A DNA stretch of 64,000 bases from Opitutaceae bacterium (GTDB taxonomy: Bacteria; Verrucomicrobiota; Verrucomicrobiia; Opitutales; Coraliomargaritaceae): assembly GCA_051252375.1 (NCBI GenBank), contig JBPOFY010000011.1, forward strand, positions 55,675-119,674, in the 5' to 3' direction. A program made the translations under genes and the position numbers. Of this stretch, positions 37,046 through 46,423 are shown piece after piece. Under the pieces are notes generated by a model. The model was given only the letters and a program-made list of their open reading frames with translations, searched no databases and had not been told where the DNA came from. The stretch's first letter is position 1, and every line of letters begins with the position of its first letter.

Positions 37046-37322
37046 AAAGATGTTGCTGGGTTAAATTGTGAAGGAGGGAAAGTAAAGGGCTCTAGAGTCT
37101 TGTCAAGAGCCAGTGTGGGGCCCCCGAATGATAGTTGAACAGGGCATTTCAGCATCGATTTCGCCCCAACTGATTGAGCCAACACCTCCAAGATTACACA
37201 GACAGCTCAACTCAGGCTCTCAGTTTCGACTTGCCCCACACCTGCAAACGAACAACTTACGCACTCCATTTGCCCTGCTAAGGAATTCCCAGGGCATCGC
37301 TGTTACAGCAAACACTGAATTC

Positions 37323-38027
37323 ATGAAAACCGTTTTAATCTATTCCGGTGGGCTCGACTCCACCGTATTGCTCTATCACTTGTGCGCCGCCGGACACGAC
37401 CTGCACGCACTTTCGGTGGACTACGGGCAACGCCATCGCTGCGAACTAAAGCGAGCGGCCAGTATCTGCGCGAAACTAGGCATACCCAACCCCGTCGCCG
37501 ACCTCTCTTCAATACAGCCACTTTTAGCGGGCAGCAGTCTCACCTCGCCGGAGATCGAAGTGGCAGAGGGGCACTACACCGAAGAATCCATGAAAAGCAC
37601 AGTGGTGCCGAATCGGAACATGATTCTACTCTCCGTCGCGACTGGCCACGCGCTATCCATCGGCGCTGAGCAAGTAGCCTATGCCGCCCATAGTGGTGAC
37701 CACGCGATCTACCCCGACTGCCGCAACGAGTTTGCGGATGCCATGGCAACCGCCATCGAGCTCTGCGACTGGAATCAAGTCGAACTCATCCGCCCTTTCG
37801 TTGATTGGACCAAAGCCGACATCGTTCGACGCGGCGCAGAGCTAAACCTACCCTTTGCCGAAACTTGGTCCTGCTACAAAGGCGGCGACCTGCACTGCGG
37901 TCGTTGCGGCACCTGCATCGAACGCCGCGAGGCTTTCGACCTCGCCCGAGTCGAAGATCCGACTGAATACGCACAAGATGCCCCCGCAGTGGACCAGCTT
38001 CGCGCCAACGAATGGCACCTCAGCTAA
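37323..38027 (+). CDS. queC: 7-cyano-7-deazaguanine synthase
   Basis: SGGLDST, DYGQRH, VPNRN, YPDCR, TWSCY...CGRCGTC. Confidence 0.96.
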   Translation: MKTVLIYSGGLDSTVLLYHLCAAGHDLHALSVDYGQRHRCELKRAASICAKLGIPNPVADLSSIQPLLAGSSLTSPEIEVAEGHYTEESMKSTVVPNRNMILLSVATGHALSIGAEQVAYAAHSGDHAIYPDCRNEFADAMATAIELCDWNQVELIRPFVDWTKADIVRRGAELNLPFAETWSCYKGGDLHCGRCGTCIERREAFDLARVEDPTEYAQDAPAVDQLRANEWHLS

Positions 38028-38106
<79 letters not shown>

Positions 38107-38208
38107 TAGATCCATTTCACGCACCACACGCACAATTTAATTCAAAGAAAATTCAACATTCAAAGTTGGACGTTCAACGTTCGACGTTCAAAGAGATCTT
38201 CCGACGCC

Positions 38209-38637
38209 ATGCTCACCTGTAAAAAAACCTATCGCGACATTCCATTCGCACACCGCCAGCACAAGCACGACGGTCACTGCGCCCTCATACACGGGCACAA
38301 CTGGAGCATCACATTGACCTTTGCTTGCAGTGAAACGGACAAAAACGGATTCGTTGTCGATTTTGGCGATTTGAAATATCTAAAGCATTGGATCGACGAT
38401 AACCTAGACCACGCTTGCTTGTTCAACGAATCGGATCCCGAGAAGGACACACTGCTCGCCCACTCTGGCCACCTGTTCAAGTCATACATCTTGCCGAACA
38501 GTTCCTGTGAGGGGCTCGCTCAACACATCCACACGGTCTTCGATCCCATGGTTCGCGAAAAAACCAATGATCGCGTATGGATCGTCGAAGTCGAAATCTA
38601 CGAAGATTCAAAAAACGCTGCGGCCTACCGCCCATAG
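38209..38637 (+). CDS. queD: 6-carboxytetrahydropterin synthase
   Basis: [29 protein letters not shown]. Confidence 0.92.
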   Translation: MLTCKKTYRDIPFAHRQHKHDGHCALIHGHNWSITLTFACSETDKNGFVVDFGDLKYLKHWIDDNLDHACLFNESDPEKDTLLAHSGHLFKSYILPNSSCEGLAQHIHTVFDPMVREKTNDRVWIVEVEIYEDSKNAAAYRP

Positions 38638-38643
38638 CTATTA

Positions 38644-38808
38644 GGCAGAATAATTAATGGCAGAATAATTTTTAACGAGGCATGCCGATTCATTACAACT
38701 CAGAGCTTCAGCGCGTTGATCAAACGTCATTTAAGCAAATTGACTATGCAGTCATCCTAGAAACGGTTTAACAGCACTCCTAAATTATTCTGCCAAAAAT
38801 TATTCTGC
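38644..38808. repeat. Element with doubled terminal inverted repeats
   Basis: GGCAGAATAATT x2 (38644, 38659) and AATTATTCTGC(C) x2 (38783, 38798). Confidence 0.8.
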
Positions 38809-38825
38809 AAAAAACTCCATCCATC

Positions 38826-39506
38826 ATGCTACCGATCCACGAACAATTTTACACCTTCCAAGGCGAAGGTGCGCACGCAGGTCGGGCGGCTTACTTCATT
38901 CGCACTTTCGGCTGCCCTGTGCATTGCCCTTGGTGTGATTCCGCAGGCACTTGGCATCCCGATTACATACCCAAGCACATCAATCGCCTTTCTGTAGAAG
39001 CACTGGTCGACGAAGTCGCTAAGACCCAGGCCGAGATCACTGTCATCACCGGCGGCGAACCCGCGATTCACGACTTAACCAAACTAGTCGACGCACTACA
39101 CGGCATCGGACAAAAGGTGCACCTCGAAACAAGCGGCGCCTTTGCCATCAAAGGTGATCTCGACTGGGTCACTCTCAGTCCAAAACGCTGGAAACTGCCA
39201 CTCGCAGAGAACATTGCCCGGGCAGATGAGTTCAAAATCATCGTGGATCGGATTGAAGCACTGGACGAATACAGCCAGATGCTAAGCGAACTCGGAGCGA
39301 ACCCAACGACTCCGGTTTGGCTACACCCCGAGTGGTCCCAGCACAGCAATCAAGCACTGCTCGACGCCATTACCGAATGGATTAAAAGCCACGGCGCGCC
39401 CTATCGCGCGGGCTGGCAAATGCACAAAAACTACGCCGCCGACCTGAAGGACGCCCGCAGTGCACCTGCCGCCCCACTCGGCGGCGACCCTACCCAGGGA
39501 TATTAA
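38826..39506 (+). CDS. queE: 7-carboxy-7-deazaguanine synthase (radical SAM)
   Basis: [17 protein letters not shown] (CxxxCxxC), ITGGEP, ETSG, SPK, QMHK. Confidence 0.94.
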   Translation: MLPIHEQFYTFQGEGAHAGRAAYFIRTFGCPVHCPWCDSAGTWHPDYIPKHINRLSVEALVDEVAKTQAEITVITGGEPAIHDLTKLVDALHGIGQKVHLETSGAFAIKGDLDWVTLSPKRWKLPLAENIARADEFKIIVDRIEALDEYSQMLSELGANPTTPVWLHPEWSQHSNQALLDAITEWIKSHGAPYRAGWQMHKNYAADLKDARSAPAAPLGGDPTQGY

Positions 39507-39582
39507 GCACAGAAAGGCTCAACGACGTGAGCGGGAAACGCCCGGATAAAAAATCAAGGGGCCGAGAATAAATCATAAGGCA

Positions 39583-39680
39583 CTGGAGGGAAACGCTCCG
39601 TCGTTTCCGAACGTATGACTTGCAGTCTGGCGATTTAGAGCGCTCCCGACGAACGGCAATGACAGAGCATTGCCCTCCAG
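39583..39680. repeat. ~98 bp REPIN/MITE-like element (family E)
   Basis: Reverse-complement copy of 4566-4662. Confidence 0.85.
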
Positions 39681-39714
39681 CTATTGCCAGAATCTAAGCG
39701 AGCTTCCCCGACAC

Positions 39715-39750
39715 AAAAAAGCCCGCAAACTTCACAGTCCGCGGGCTTTT
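39715..39750. terminator. Intrinsic terminator after the FKBP gene (possibly bidirectional)
   Basis: AAAAAAGCCCGC...GCGGGCTTTT. Confidence 0.75.
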
Positions 39751-39773
39751 GAAAATTTGTATCCAGAGTTTAA

Positions 39774-40526
39774 CTACTGAGGGTTTACTTCGATCAATTC
39801 ACATTCGAAGATCAAAGTATCACCTGGCTTGATGGCACCACCCGGACGTGGGCTGTTGCCGTAGCCCAATTCACTTGGGATGTAGAGGATCACCTTACCG
39901 CCGGGAGCGATCGTAGTGAGACCTTCGCCGAAACCTTTAACCACACCGTTAAGTGGGAAAGTGGCAGGTGCGCCGCGGTCATATGAGCTATCAAACTGAG
40001 TGCCGTCGATCAATGTGCCTTTGTAATGAACAAGCACTGTGTCTTCCATGGTTGGCTTGTCGCCTTCACCAGCTTCGATCACTTTGTAGTGGAGTCCGGA
40101 CTCAGAAGCTTCAACGCCTTCTTGGCCCTTCAATTCTTCGAAGAACTTCGCAGCCGCTTCGATGTTACCAGAAGCCGCTTCAGCAGCTGCTGCTTCCATC
40201 TTCTCTTGAGCGGCAGCCGCACGAGCTTGGATGAACTCTTGGAATGCACCCATTTTAGCCATCATTTCTGGACTTGGTTCGCCATCAGCGAGGCCCTTAG
40301 CGATACCCGCAGAAATAGCAGGTGCATCTTCTGCGGTGAAACCAAGCTCCTTCATGCCTGATTGAAACACAGTCAAATAGCCCAACATTTCAACAAGCTC
40401 AGTTTGAGAAACTGCAGGGGCAGCTGCTGGTGCAGCGGCTTCGTCCTGTGCGAAAACAGCGGGTGTGATAGTAGCGCCCGCCAACGCGATGAGCGCAACG
40501 GAGGTAAAACGGTTCTTTGTAATCAT
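39774..40526 (-). CDS. FKBP-type peptidyl-prolyl isomerase (FkpA/Mip-like)
   Basis: Signal peptide, [39 protein letters not shown]. Confidence 0.93.
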   Translation of the reverse strand: MITKNRFTSVALIALAGATITPAVFAQDEAAAPAAAPAVSQTELVEMLGYLTVFQSGMKELGFTAEDAPAISAGIAKGLADGEPSPEMMAKMGAFQEFIQARAAAAQEKMEAAAAEAASGNIEAAAKFFEELKGQEGVEASESGLHYKVIEAGEGDKPTMEDTVLVHYKGTLIDGTQFDSSYDRGAPATFPLNGVVKGFGEGLTTIAPGGKVILYIPSELGYGNSPRPGGAIKPGDTLIFECELIEVNPQ

Positions 40527-40992
40527 AAATTATGTATTAATTGATATTTGGGGTGAGACGAAGGCGACAAAGCTTACCAATGCTCTAAAAAGGTCAATAA
40601 CGGATATAATTTCCCCGCGCATGCTGCTATGTCATCGCAATGGTCAATCAATCCATCGAGTCGGTTCCATTATTTCAACCCGAATTATGCAAACGAGTTT
40701 TCCGAACAGGCATTTCTAGGGTTCTAAGTGATTGTCGATCTGCCACATTTCTAATGCATCGCATTCGAAATGTGGTCACCCTTATAGAGTTCGAAAAACT
40801 CTTAGGCGACATGCGCACTTTGCGGCCAATCCGCCCCGCAGTCACGTATCTATATACGCTCCCTTGGGCGTCAGTTGCAAAGCACACATCTCATCCTATT
40901 GAATAATCCGAGTTCTAAGATAATTCGGCTGCAGTTCGCATTTGATCCATCGCAAAAAGTAAGCTGTTGTCTCCAATAACACCGCACACGCT

Positions 40993-41700
40993 ATGGAATC
41001 CAAAACTACATCCGGCACCCTCACACTAGTCGCCGCTCCAATCGGCAATCTATCCGACACCACCGCTCGGGCTATTGAAGTGCTAGGCAACGCCACCTGC
41101 ATCGCCTGCGAAGATACGCGCGTGACTGGCAAGCTATTGAGCAAACTCGAGATCCAGCACAGCGCGACCCTTATCTCCTACCGCGAAGAAAACGAAAGCT
41201 ATATGGCAGGCGAACTGGCGGACCGTATCGCTGCAGGCGAAGACATCACACTCATCGCCGATGCCGGCACCCCCGCGATTAGCGACCCCGGATTTCGACT
41301 TGTCCGCGAATGCCGCAAGCGTGGTCTCAAAGTCACGACCGCCCCCGGAGTCAGCGCAGTCGTTACCGCCCTCTCCCTTTCCGGACTACCAAGCGATGGA
41401 TTCCTTTACGTCGGCTTCCTGCCACCCAAAAGCGCTGCACGTAAACGCTTCTTTGAAGCGCAGAAGGACTTTGGATACAGCATCATCGTTTACGAATCCT
41501 GCCACCGCATCGGCAAATTCCTCAACGACCTCGTCGAGATACTCGGACCTGATCGCTGTATCAGTGTTTGCCGCGAGCTCACCAAGCTTCACGAAACCGT
41601 GCACACCGGTCCCGCCGGAGAAGTCCGCGACCGTGTCGCCAAAGGCAGCCAAAAAGGTGAGTTTGTCGTCGTGATCGCGAAGGACGGATTCGAGTTATAA
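40993..41700 (+). CDS. rsmI: 16S rRNA C1402 2'-O-methyltransferase
   Basis: PIGNLSD, ACEDTR, DAGTPAISDPG, RELTKLHE, KGEFV. Confidence 0.95.
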   Translation: MESKTTSGTLTLVAAPIGNLSDTTARAIEVLGNATCIACEDTRVTGKLLSKLEIQHSATLISYREENESYMAGELADRIAAGEDITLIADAGTPAISDPGFRLVRECRKRGLKVTTAPGVSAVVTALSLSGLPSDGFLYVGFLPPKSAARKRFFEAQKDFGYSIIVYESCHRIGKFLNDLVEILGPDRCISVCRELTKLHETVHTGPAGEVRDRVAKGSQKGEFVVVIAKDGFEL

Positions 41701-41747
41701 TCGAATAGCACGCTCACTGGAGGGCAACGCTCCGCGAGCATCCCAAC

Positions 41748-42911
41748 CTAATCGTGATACTCAGGTAGCTTCGTTTCCGAATTAATCGTAATCGAGCCGT
41801 TGCCCTGCAGAATCGAGAGCAAATGCTTTCCGCAAAATTCACCACGCCAGCCTCGTAAAATACGATGCCGTTCATCCGTCGCATTAGCTGCCTCGAGCAC
41901 GAGCGCAGTCACTTCGGCGCGATTACCGATCAACGCGGGGTCAATCTTCGCGGCCAAACAAGTGCCCTTAATAAACGCCAAGGATAGATCCACTCGCGCT
42001 TCATAGCCGTCGTCTGGCGCAGGCCCCGTGTGTCGACCATTCGGCAACTCAGGTAAATCGCCTTCAATCCCGCGTTGGATCGCTTCCCAAATGTAACGGC
42101 GATTGCGCTCTAGGGCACGATCGCTCAACCCCTTCATCGGACGGATATCATCAGCCGTCTTCGGCGGATGCTTTAAAAGCGAAACAATCGCATCGTCCGA
42201 AAGAATAAAATTACGCGGTAAGTTACGCTTACGCGCTTTAATCTCACGCCAGGCACCCAAGGCACGAAGGATATTACGTTGTTGATTAGTCAACGAACCA
42301 CTACCACGCACGCGTGGCATCTCTAGTTCGGGGTCCGACTCACCGTAGAGCGACTCGACTTCATACATCTTCATCTCCTCGAGAATCCAATCTTTACGCC
42401 CAAGCTTTTCGGCGCGATCCATGATCTTCACCATCAAGCGAGTCGAATAGCGCACATCATCTTCGGCGTATTCCACCTGAGCTTCTGTCAACGGACGCGC
42501 CAGCCAATTAGATCGGGTCTCGGATTTATCGAGGCGGACCTTTTCCAAAGTCTTGAGCAATTCGCTCAAAGAGATGGTCGAGGACAAGCCGGCAAACCCA
42601 GCCGAGCGCTGACTGTCAAAAATGTTTTTCGGGTATCCGCCGGAGGCGCGATACAAAATCGTCAAGTCCTGCTGCGCATCATGCAGGATTTTCACCACAC
42701 TCGCGTCGGACATTAATTCTGCAAAAGGCGACCAATCTTCGATCTCTGGGGCATCGACCAATTCGCAATGCCCGTCCGGGTAACCGATTTGAACCAGACC
42801 TAAGGTCGGGTAAAAAGTGCGATCCCAAATGAATTCGGTATCGATGCCGACCGCACCCGCAGCTTGCGCGGCACGCACCGCTTCTGCGAGAGCTTCTGTA
42901 GTCGTAATCAT
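41748..42911 (-). CDS. rnd: Ribonuclease D
   Basis: IDTEF, LVQI, KILHDAQQD, SNWLARPL, YAEDD, HRDC region. Confidence 0.9.
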   Translation of the reverse strand: MITTTEALAEAVRAAQAAGAVGIDTEFIWDRTFYPTLGLVQIGYPDGHCELVDAPEIEDWSPFAELMSDASVVKILHDAQQDLTILYRASGGYPKNIFDSQRSAGFAGLSSTISLSELLKTLEKVRLDKSETRSNWLARPLTEAQVEYAEDDVRYSTRLMVKIMDRAEKLGRKDWILEEMKMYEVESLYGESDPELEMPRVRGSGSLTNQQRNILRALGAWREIKARKRNLPRNFILSDDAIVSLLKHPPKTADDIRPMKGLSDRALERNRRYIWEAIQRGIEGDLPELPNGRHTGPAPDDGYEARVDLSLAFIKGTCLAAKIDPALIGNRAEVTALVLEAANATDERHRILRGWRGEFCGKHLLSILQGNGSITINSETKLPEYHD

Positions 42912-42970
42912 ATAGTCATCCTAAAATCGCGGAAGCCGCGTGAAATGGGAAGCAGAAACTGCTCAGACCA

Positions 42971-43291
42971 CTAGGATAGATACGAACAGCAATAATCCGC
43001 GCCTTCGGCTTTCACCTTCAAAGCGAATTTAGAGTTGGCTGGCACATTGAAAGACTGACCGGCAGTATAGGTCACCCATTCATCGGAACCAGCAAGCTTC
43101 ACGTCCATCTCGCCGCCGAGCATTTCCATGAGCTCTGCCGCTTCAGTGCCAAACTCGTAGTCGCCCGCTTGCATGAAGCCCAGCGTCTTCTTAGTGCCAT
43201 CGGCAAAGACCACCGTGCGGCTAGTGACTTGGCCGCCGAAATAAACATTGGCCTTCTTAATTACAGATACGTTTTCGAATGATTCAGACAT
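42971..43291 (-). CDS. ppnP: Pyrimidine/purine nucleoside phosphorylase (DUF1255)
   Basis: [31 protein letters not shown]. Confidence 0.9.
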   Translation of the reverse strand: MSESFENVSVIKKANVYFGGQVTSRTVVFADGTKKTLGFMQAGDYEFGTEAAELMEMLGGEMDVKLAGSDEWVTYTAGQSFNVPANSKFALKVKAEGADYCCSYLS

Positions 43292-43442
43292 GAACACCGT
43301 GATGGCGATTCGCCGCTAAGTTGCAATCCGGATTTTTAAGGATTCAATGACCACATATGCAGGCATACTCCTGATAGCTGCAAGAATGGCCTAATCTGAT
43401 TGACTTGGAATAATATCCATCTGTATTCACTCCAACTTGTTC

Positions 43443-43895
43443 ATGTTCCAAAAATACACAGCTTATTGCCTTATCTTGATGATGGCAATGAACGGCCTGC
43501 TAGCTACTGCTGGTGGGGCTGTGCTTTGTCTGCACGATCATAATTTTGGTCATGTGCTAGCTGGGCAACATGTTGATGAAGGCGATGCATGCCATGGGGA
43601 TGAGGCTGAATCGCACAATCAAGATTTCCATCATGAAGAAACTGATGGTGCCCTTTTTGTAGTTAGTGGCCAACACTGTATTGATATTTCCATCAGCTCA
43701 TCGGATGAGCCGATTCAGCGAGTCGCTGATTTGCTTTCGACAAAGAAACCAGTGGCCGAGAACTATCAGTATCAGCTATTTGCTTCGACCATAAAAGTAA
43801 ACGCAGCACCTCAGATACGTTTAGCGACCAGAGCCCCACCGTTTTCTTGCGGCACGCTGGAGCAGTGCGTAAGCAAGACAGTGCTTCGAATTTAA
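43443..43895 (+). CDS. His/Cys-rich exported leader protein with RAPP motif
   Basis: Hydrophobic N-terminus, CLHDH..GH, CH, HH, HC; RAPP at 43830-43841; first gene of the efflux cluster. Confidence 0.75.
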   Translation: MFQKYTAYCLILMMAMNGLLATAGGAVLCLHDHNFGHVLAGQHVDEGDACHGDEAESHNQDFHHEETDGALFVVSGQHCIDISISSSDEPIQRVADLLSTKKPVAENYQYQLFASTIKVNAAPQIRLATRAPPFSCGTLEQCVSKTVLRI

Positions 43896-43988
43896 AACCT
43901 GATTAGTGAAATAGACGTAGGACTTCCTGCGTGCGATCTAGACACCTTCGAACGTGTCGAACGACGATTTCAACTAAACAGGTTTTTT
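43894..43988 (+). promoter_or_regulatory. Predicted three-way RNA junction spanning the whole leader-czcC intergenic region
   Basis: AAAACCTG/CAGGTTTT and TTAG-TGAAAT/ATTTCA-A-CTAA outer stem; inner hairpins ACGTAGG/CCTGCGT and GACAC/GTGTC; T6 run just before the ATG. Confidence 0.65.
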
Positions 43989-43989
43989 C

Positions 43990-45288
43990 ATGCACACATA
44001 TAAATATTTAGTAACAACTCTATTCATTTTCTACGCTTCACTGGCACATGCTACGCCAGAAAGCTCTCTAAAACTAACAAGCCGAGACGCGGTTGCGCTA
44101 GCTTTACAGAAGAACCAGTCATTACAGGCTGCTCGCACTGCGATTAGTAAAGCAGGTGCTTACTCACAATACGCAGGAAGGCTCGACAACCCTGAACTCA
44201 AATTGGGATATGCTTCCGACCGTGGTTTCAACGATGAGGGTGAACAGTCTTATTCGATCGGCTTCGAGCAACGTTTTCCGATTACCAACCGGCTCAAACT
44301 TCTAAAGAACGTAACGGCAATTGAGGTGAAGCTGGCTGAGGCGGAACTACGCGATCAAGAGCGCTTGCTTATCCGAGATGTAGAAAGCTCGGTCGAGCTC
44401 ATCTCAAGTCTGAATCAACGCCTGTCTCTATTAGAGAGCATGATCACACTACAGGAAGGCTTTGCGGTTTTCTTGGAAAAACGGATCGAAAATGGCGAGG
44501 CCTCCAACCTCGATTTGAATCAAGTTCGCGTGTCGTTGTTTTCCGTGAAGCAGGAAATTCAGAATCTCACAAAAGAGCGTAATAAAGCGCTGGGGACACT
44601 ACGTAGCCTCCTGGGCCTTGAACCCGCAACGGGACTGGAAATCCTCATTGAGCAAACTCGTCCGTTACGCTTGCCAGAGATGCCCGCTCTTGAAGGCGAG
44701 CTTCTGCAGTCACACCCAGAATATCAGCTTAAAGCCTCACTCGCTGAAATCGCTCGTAGCCAGACAGCATTAGCCAAGGCGAATCGTTGGGCTGATATAG
44801 CAGTGGAGGTTTTCTTTGAAGAGGAGCGTGGCGTAGATGATCCGAATGGATTGGGACGGGATCGTTTCTTCGGGATTGGAGTATCCATTCCACTCCCTCT
44901 GCATGATCAAAATCGCGGAGAAATTGAGGCGAGTCGATTCCGCGAACAACAAATCCGCTACGAACTGAATGCAGTCAGTTTACGCCTGAAAAACGAAGCC
45001 GAAACACTCAAGCACAATGCGGAGGCAACTTACAGACAGGCGACAAAATACAAGGAAAGTGCGGTCAGCTTGGTCGAGCAAAACCTCGAAGACATCAACA
45101 ATGCCTACGCAGCCGGACAGGTCGATTTAGGCGAAGTCTTTCGTGTGCAAGAACAGCACCTAAATATTCAAACCGCACAGCTAGAGCTCTGGCACGAACT
45201 CAAACAGATACTTATCCAATGGCGCGCCGCGACCGCGAGTGACCTCCCAACTTTATCCAACGAAGACCTTTCTAATGAAACTGAATAA
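43990..45288 (+). CDS. TolC/CzcC-family outer membrane efflux protein
   Basis: Signal peptide, NPEL, GVSIPLPLHDQNRG, AYAAGQ; upstream of the MFP and RND genes. Confidence 0.9.
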   Translation: MHTYKYLVTTLFIFYASLAHATPESSLKLTSRDAVALALQKNQSLQAARTAISKAGAYSQYAGRLDNPELKLGYASDRGFNDEGEQSYSIGFEQRFPITNRLKLLKNVTAIEVKLAEAELRDQERLLIRDVESSVELISSLNQRLSLLESMITLQEGFAVFLEKRIENGEASNLDLNQVRVSLFSVKQEIQNLTKERNKALGTLRSLLGLEPATGLEILIEQTRPLRLPEMPALEGELLQSHPEYQLKASLAEIARSQTALAKANRWADIAVEVFFEEERGVDDPNGLGRDRFFGIGVSIPLPLHDQNRGEIEASRFREQQIRYELNAVSLRLKNEAETLKHNAEATYRQATKYKESAVSLVEQNLEDINNAYAAGQVDLGEVFRVQEQHLNIQTAQLELWHELKQILIQWRAATASDLPTLSNEDLSNETE

Positions 45289-46423
45289 AATACTTTCTTT
45301 TGTAGCCTTACTCTCAATCACGAACGTCCATGCGGCGGAAGAGACTAGCGGGAAAAATATCATCATTCTAGATGATGCAGCAGTCAAAAACCTCCGCATC
45401 CAGACGGAAGAAGCCGAGGAGCGTGACTTCGAGAGCACTGTCTTTGCGATTGGACGTATCGAGGAAATCCCATCCCGCCGCTCGGTTTTGTCATCACGTA
45501 TCGCTGGCCGAATCAGCGCCTTGAATACCTTCGAAGGCGATGTCGTCGAAGCGGGTGATGTGCTGGCAACGGTGGAAAGCCGTCAGTTGGGCGATCCGCC
45601 TCCAAGCGTCGAGCTAAAGGCTCCGCAAGGCGGATTAGTTGTGGCCTCGCATGTCCGACTAGGTCAACCCGTCGAGCCATCGGCAGAGCTACTCGATATC
45701 TCCGACCGCTTAAAACTATGGGCGGTCGCAAAGATCCCCGAGCAGGAAGCTGCGCAGACAAAGATCGGCACTCGGGCTCGCATTCACATACCCGCCTTGG
45801 GCGATGAACTAATTGAGGCTACGTTAACACGTTTTGGTGTCGAGGCAGACCGCCAATCAGGGACGGTAGAGGGCATCTTCGAATTGGATAATACAGACGG
45901 CAAACTCCGTCCCGGGATGCGAGCTGAGTTCTCCATTGTGCTGAAGACGAAACCCTTCGTCCTCTCTATTCCGCGCTCAGCGATACAAGGCGATCCGGCA
46001 AGCCGAGTCATCTTCGTCAAAGACTTCGACCTTCCAAACGCATTCGTTCGGGTGCCCGTAGTTCTTGGTGAGGAAAACGATCAATACATTGAAGTGATCC
46101 GCGGCGTTTTCCCTGGTGATGAAGTAGTCATACAGGGTTCCTATGTCCTCAGCTTTGTCGGCGGCGGTTCTGGGATGTCCCTAAAGGAGGCACTTGATGC
46201 CGCGCACGGACATGAACATGCCGAAGACGGCTCGGAACTGGGTGAAGGTGAAGAGTCAACCGAGCATGACGATGGACATGACCATGAGGGAGAGAACGAG
46301 CACGGTAGTCATTTGAGCCTGCCACTGATGATTTATGCAGGCGTGATGACGCTGATTTCGCTCATCACTCTACAGATGCTCATGAAGCGACGTCAGGAAG
46401 AAAGTGAGGCTGGAGATGCTTAA
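45275..46423 (+). CDS. CzcB/CusB-family membrane fusion protein
   Basis: GDVVEAGDVL, LRPGMRA, IPRSAIQ, GDEVVIQG; His-rich tail plus C-terminal hydrophobic helix. Confidence 0.9.
   Translation: MKLNKILSFVALLSITNVHAAEETSGKNIIILDDAAVKNLRIQTEEAEERDFESTVFAIGRIEEIPSRRSVLSSRIAGRISALNTFEGDVVEAGDVLATVESRQLGDPPPSVELKAPQGGLVVASHVRLGQPVEPSAELLDISDRLKLWAVAKIPEQEAAQTKIGTRARIHIPALGDELIEATLTRFGVEADRQSGTVEGIFELDNTDGKLRPGMRAEFSIVLKTKPFVLSIPRSAIQGDPASRVIFVKDFDLPNAFVRVPVVLGEENDQYIEVIRGVFPGDEVVIQGSYVLSFVGGGSGMSLKEALDAAHGHEHAEDGSELGEGEESTEHDDGHDHEGENEHGSHLSLPLMIYAGVMTLISLITLQMLMKRRQEESEAGDA

Noticed and set aside
37113..37322. preQ1 riboswitch or N-terminal extension of QueC
   Set aside because: I could not find a preQ1-I stem with an A-rich tail, and QueC homology starts at [10 protein letters not shown] (37323).
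40640..40906. Short ORFs in the FKBP-rsmI spacer
   Set aside because: Overlapping on both strands, with no motifs or clear RBS.
43894..43988. Calling this a NiCo (czcD) riboswitch
   Set aside because: The fold I see is three-way, not four-way, and I cannot match the conserved junction nucleotides by eye.
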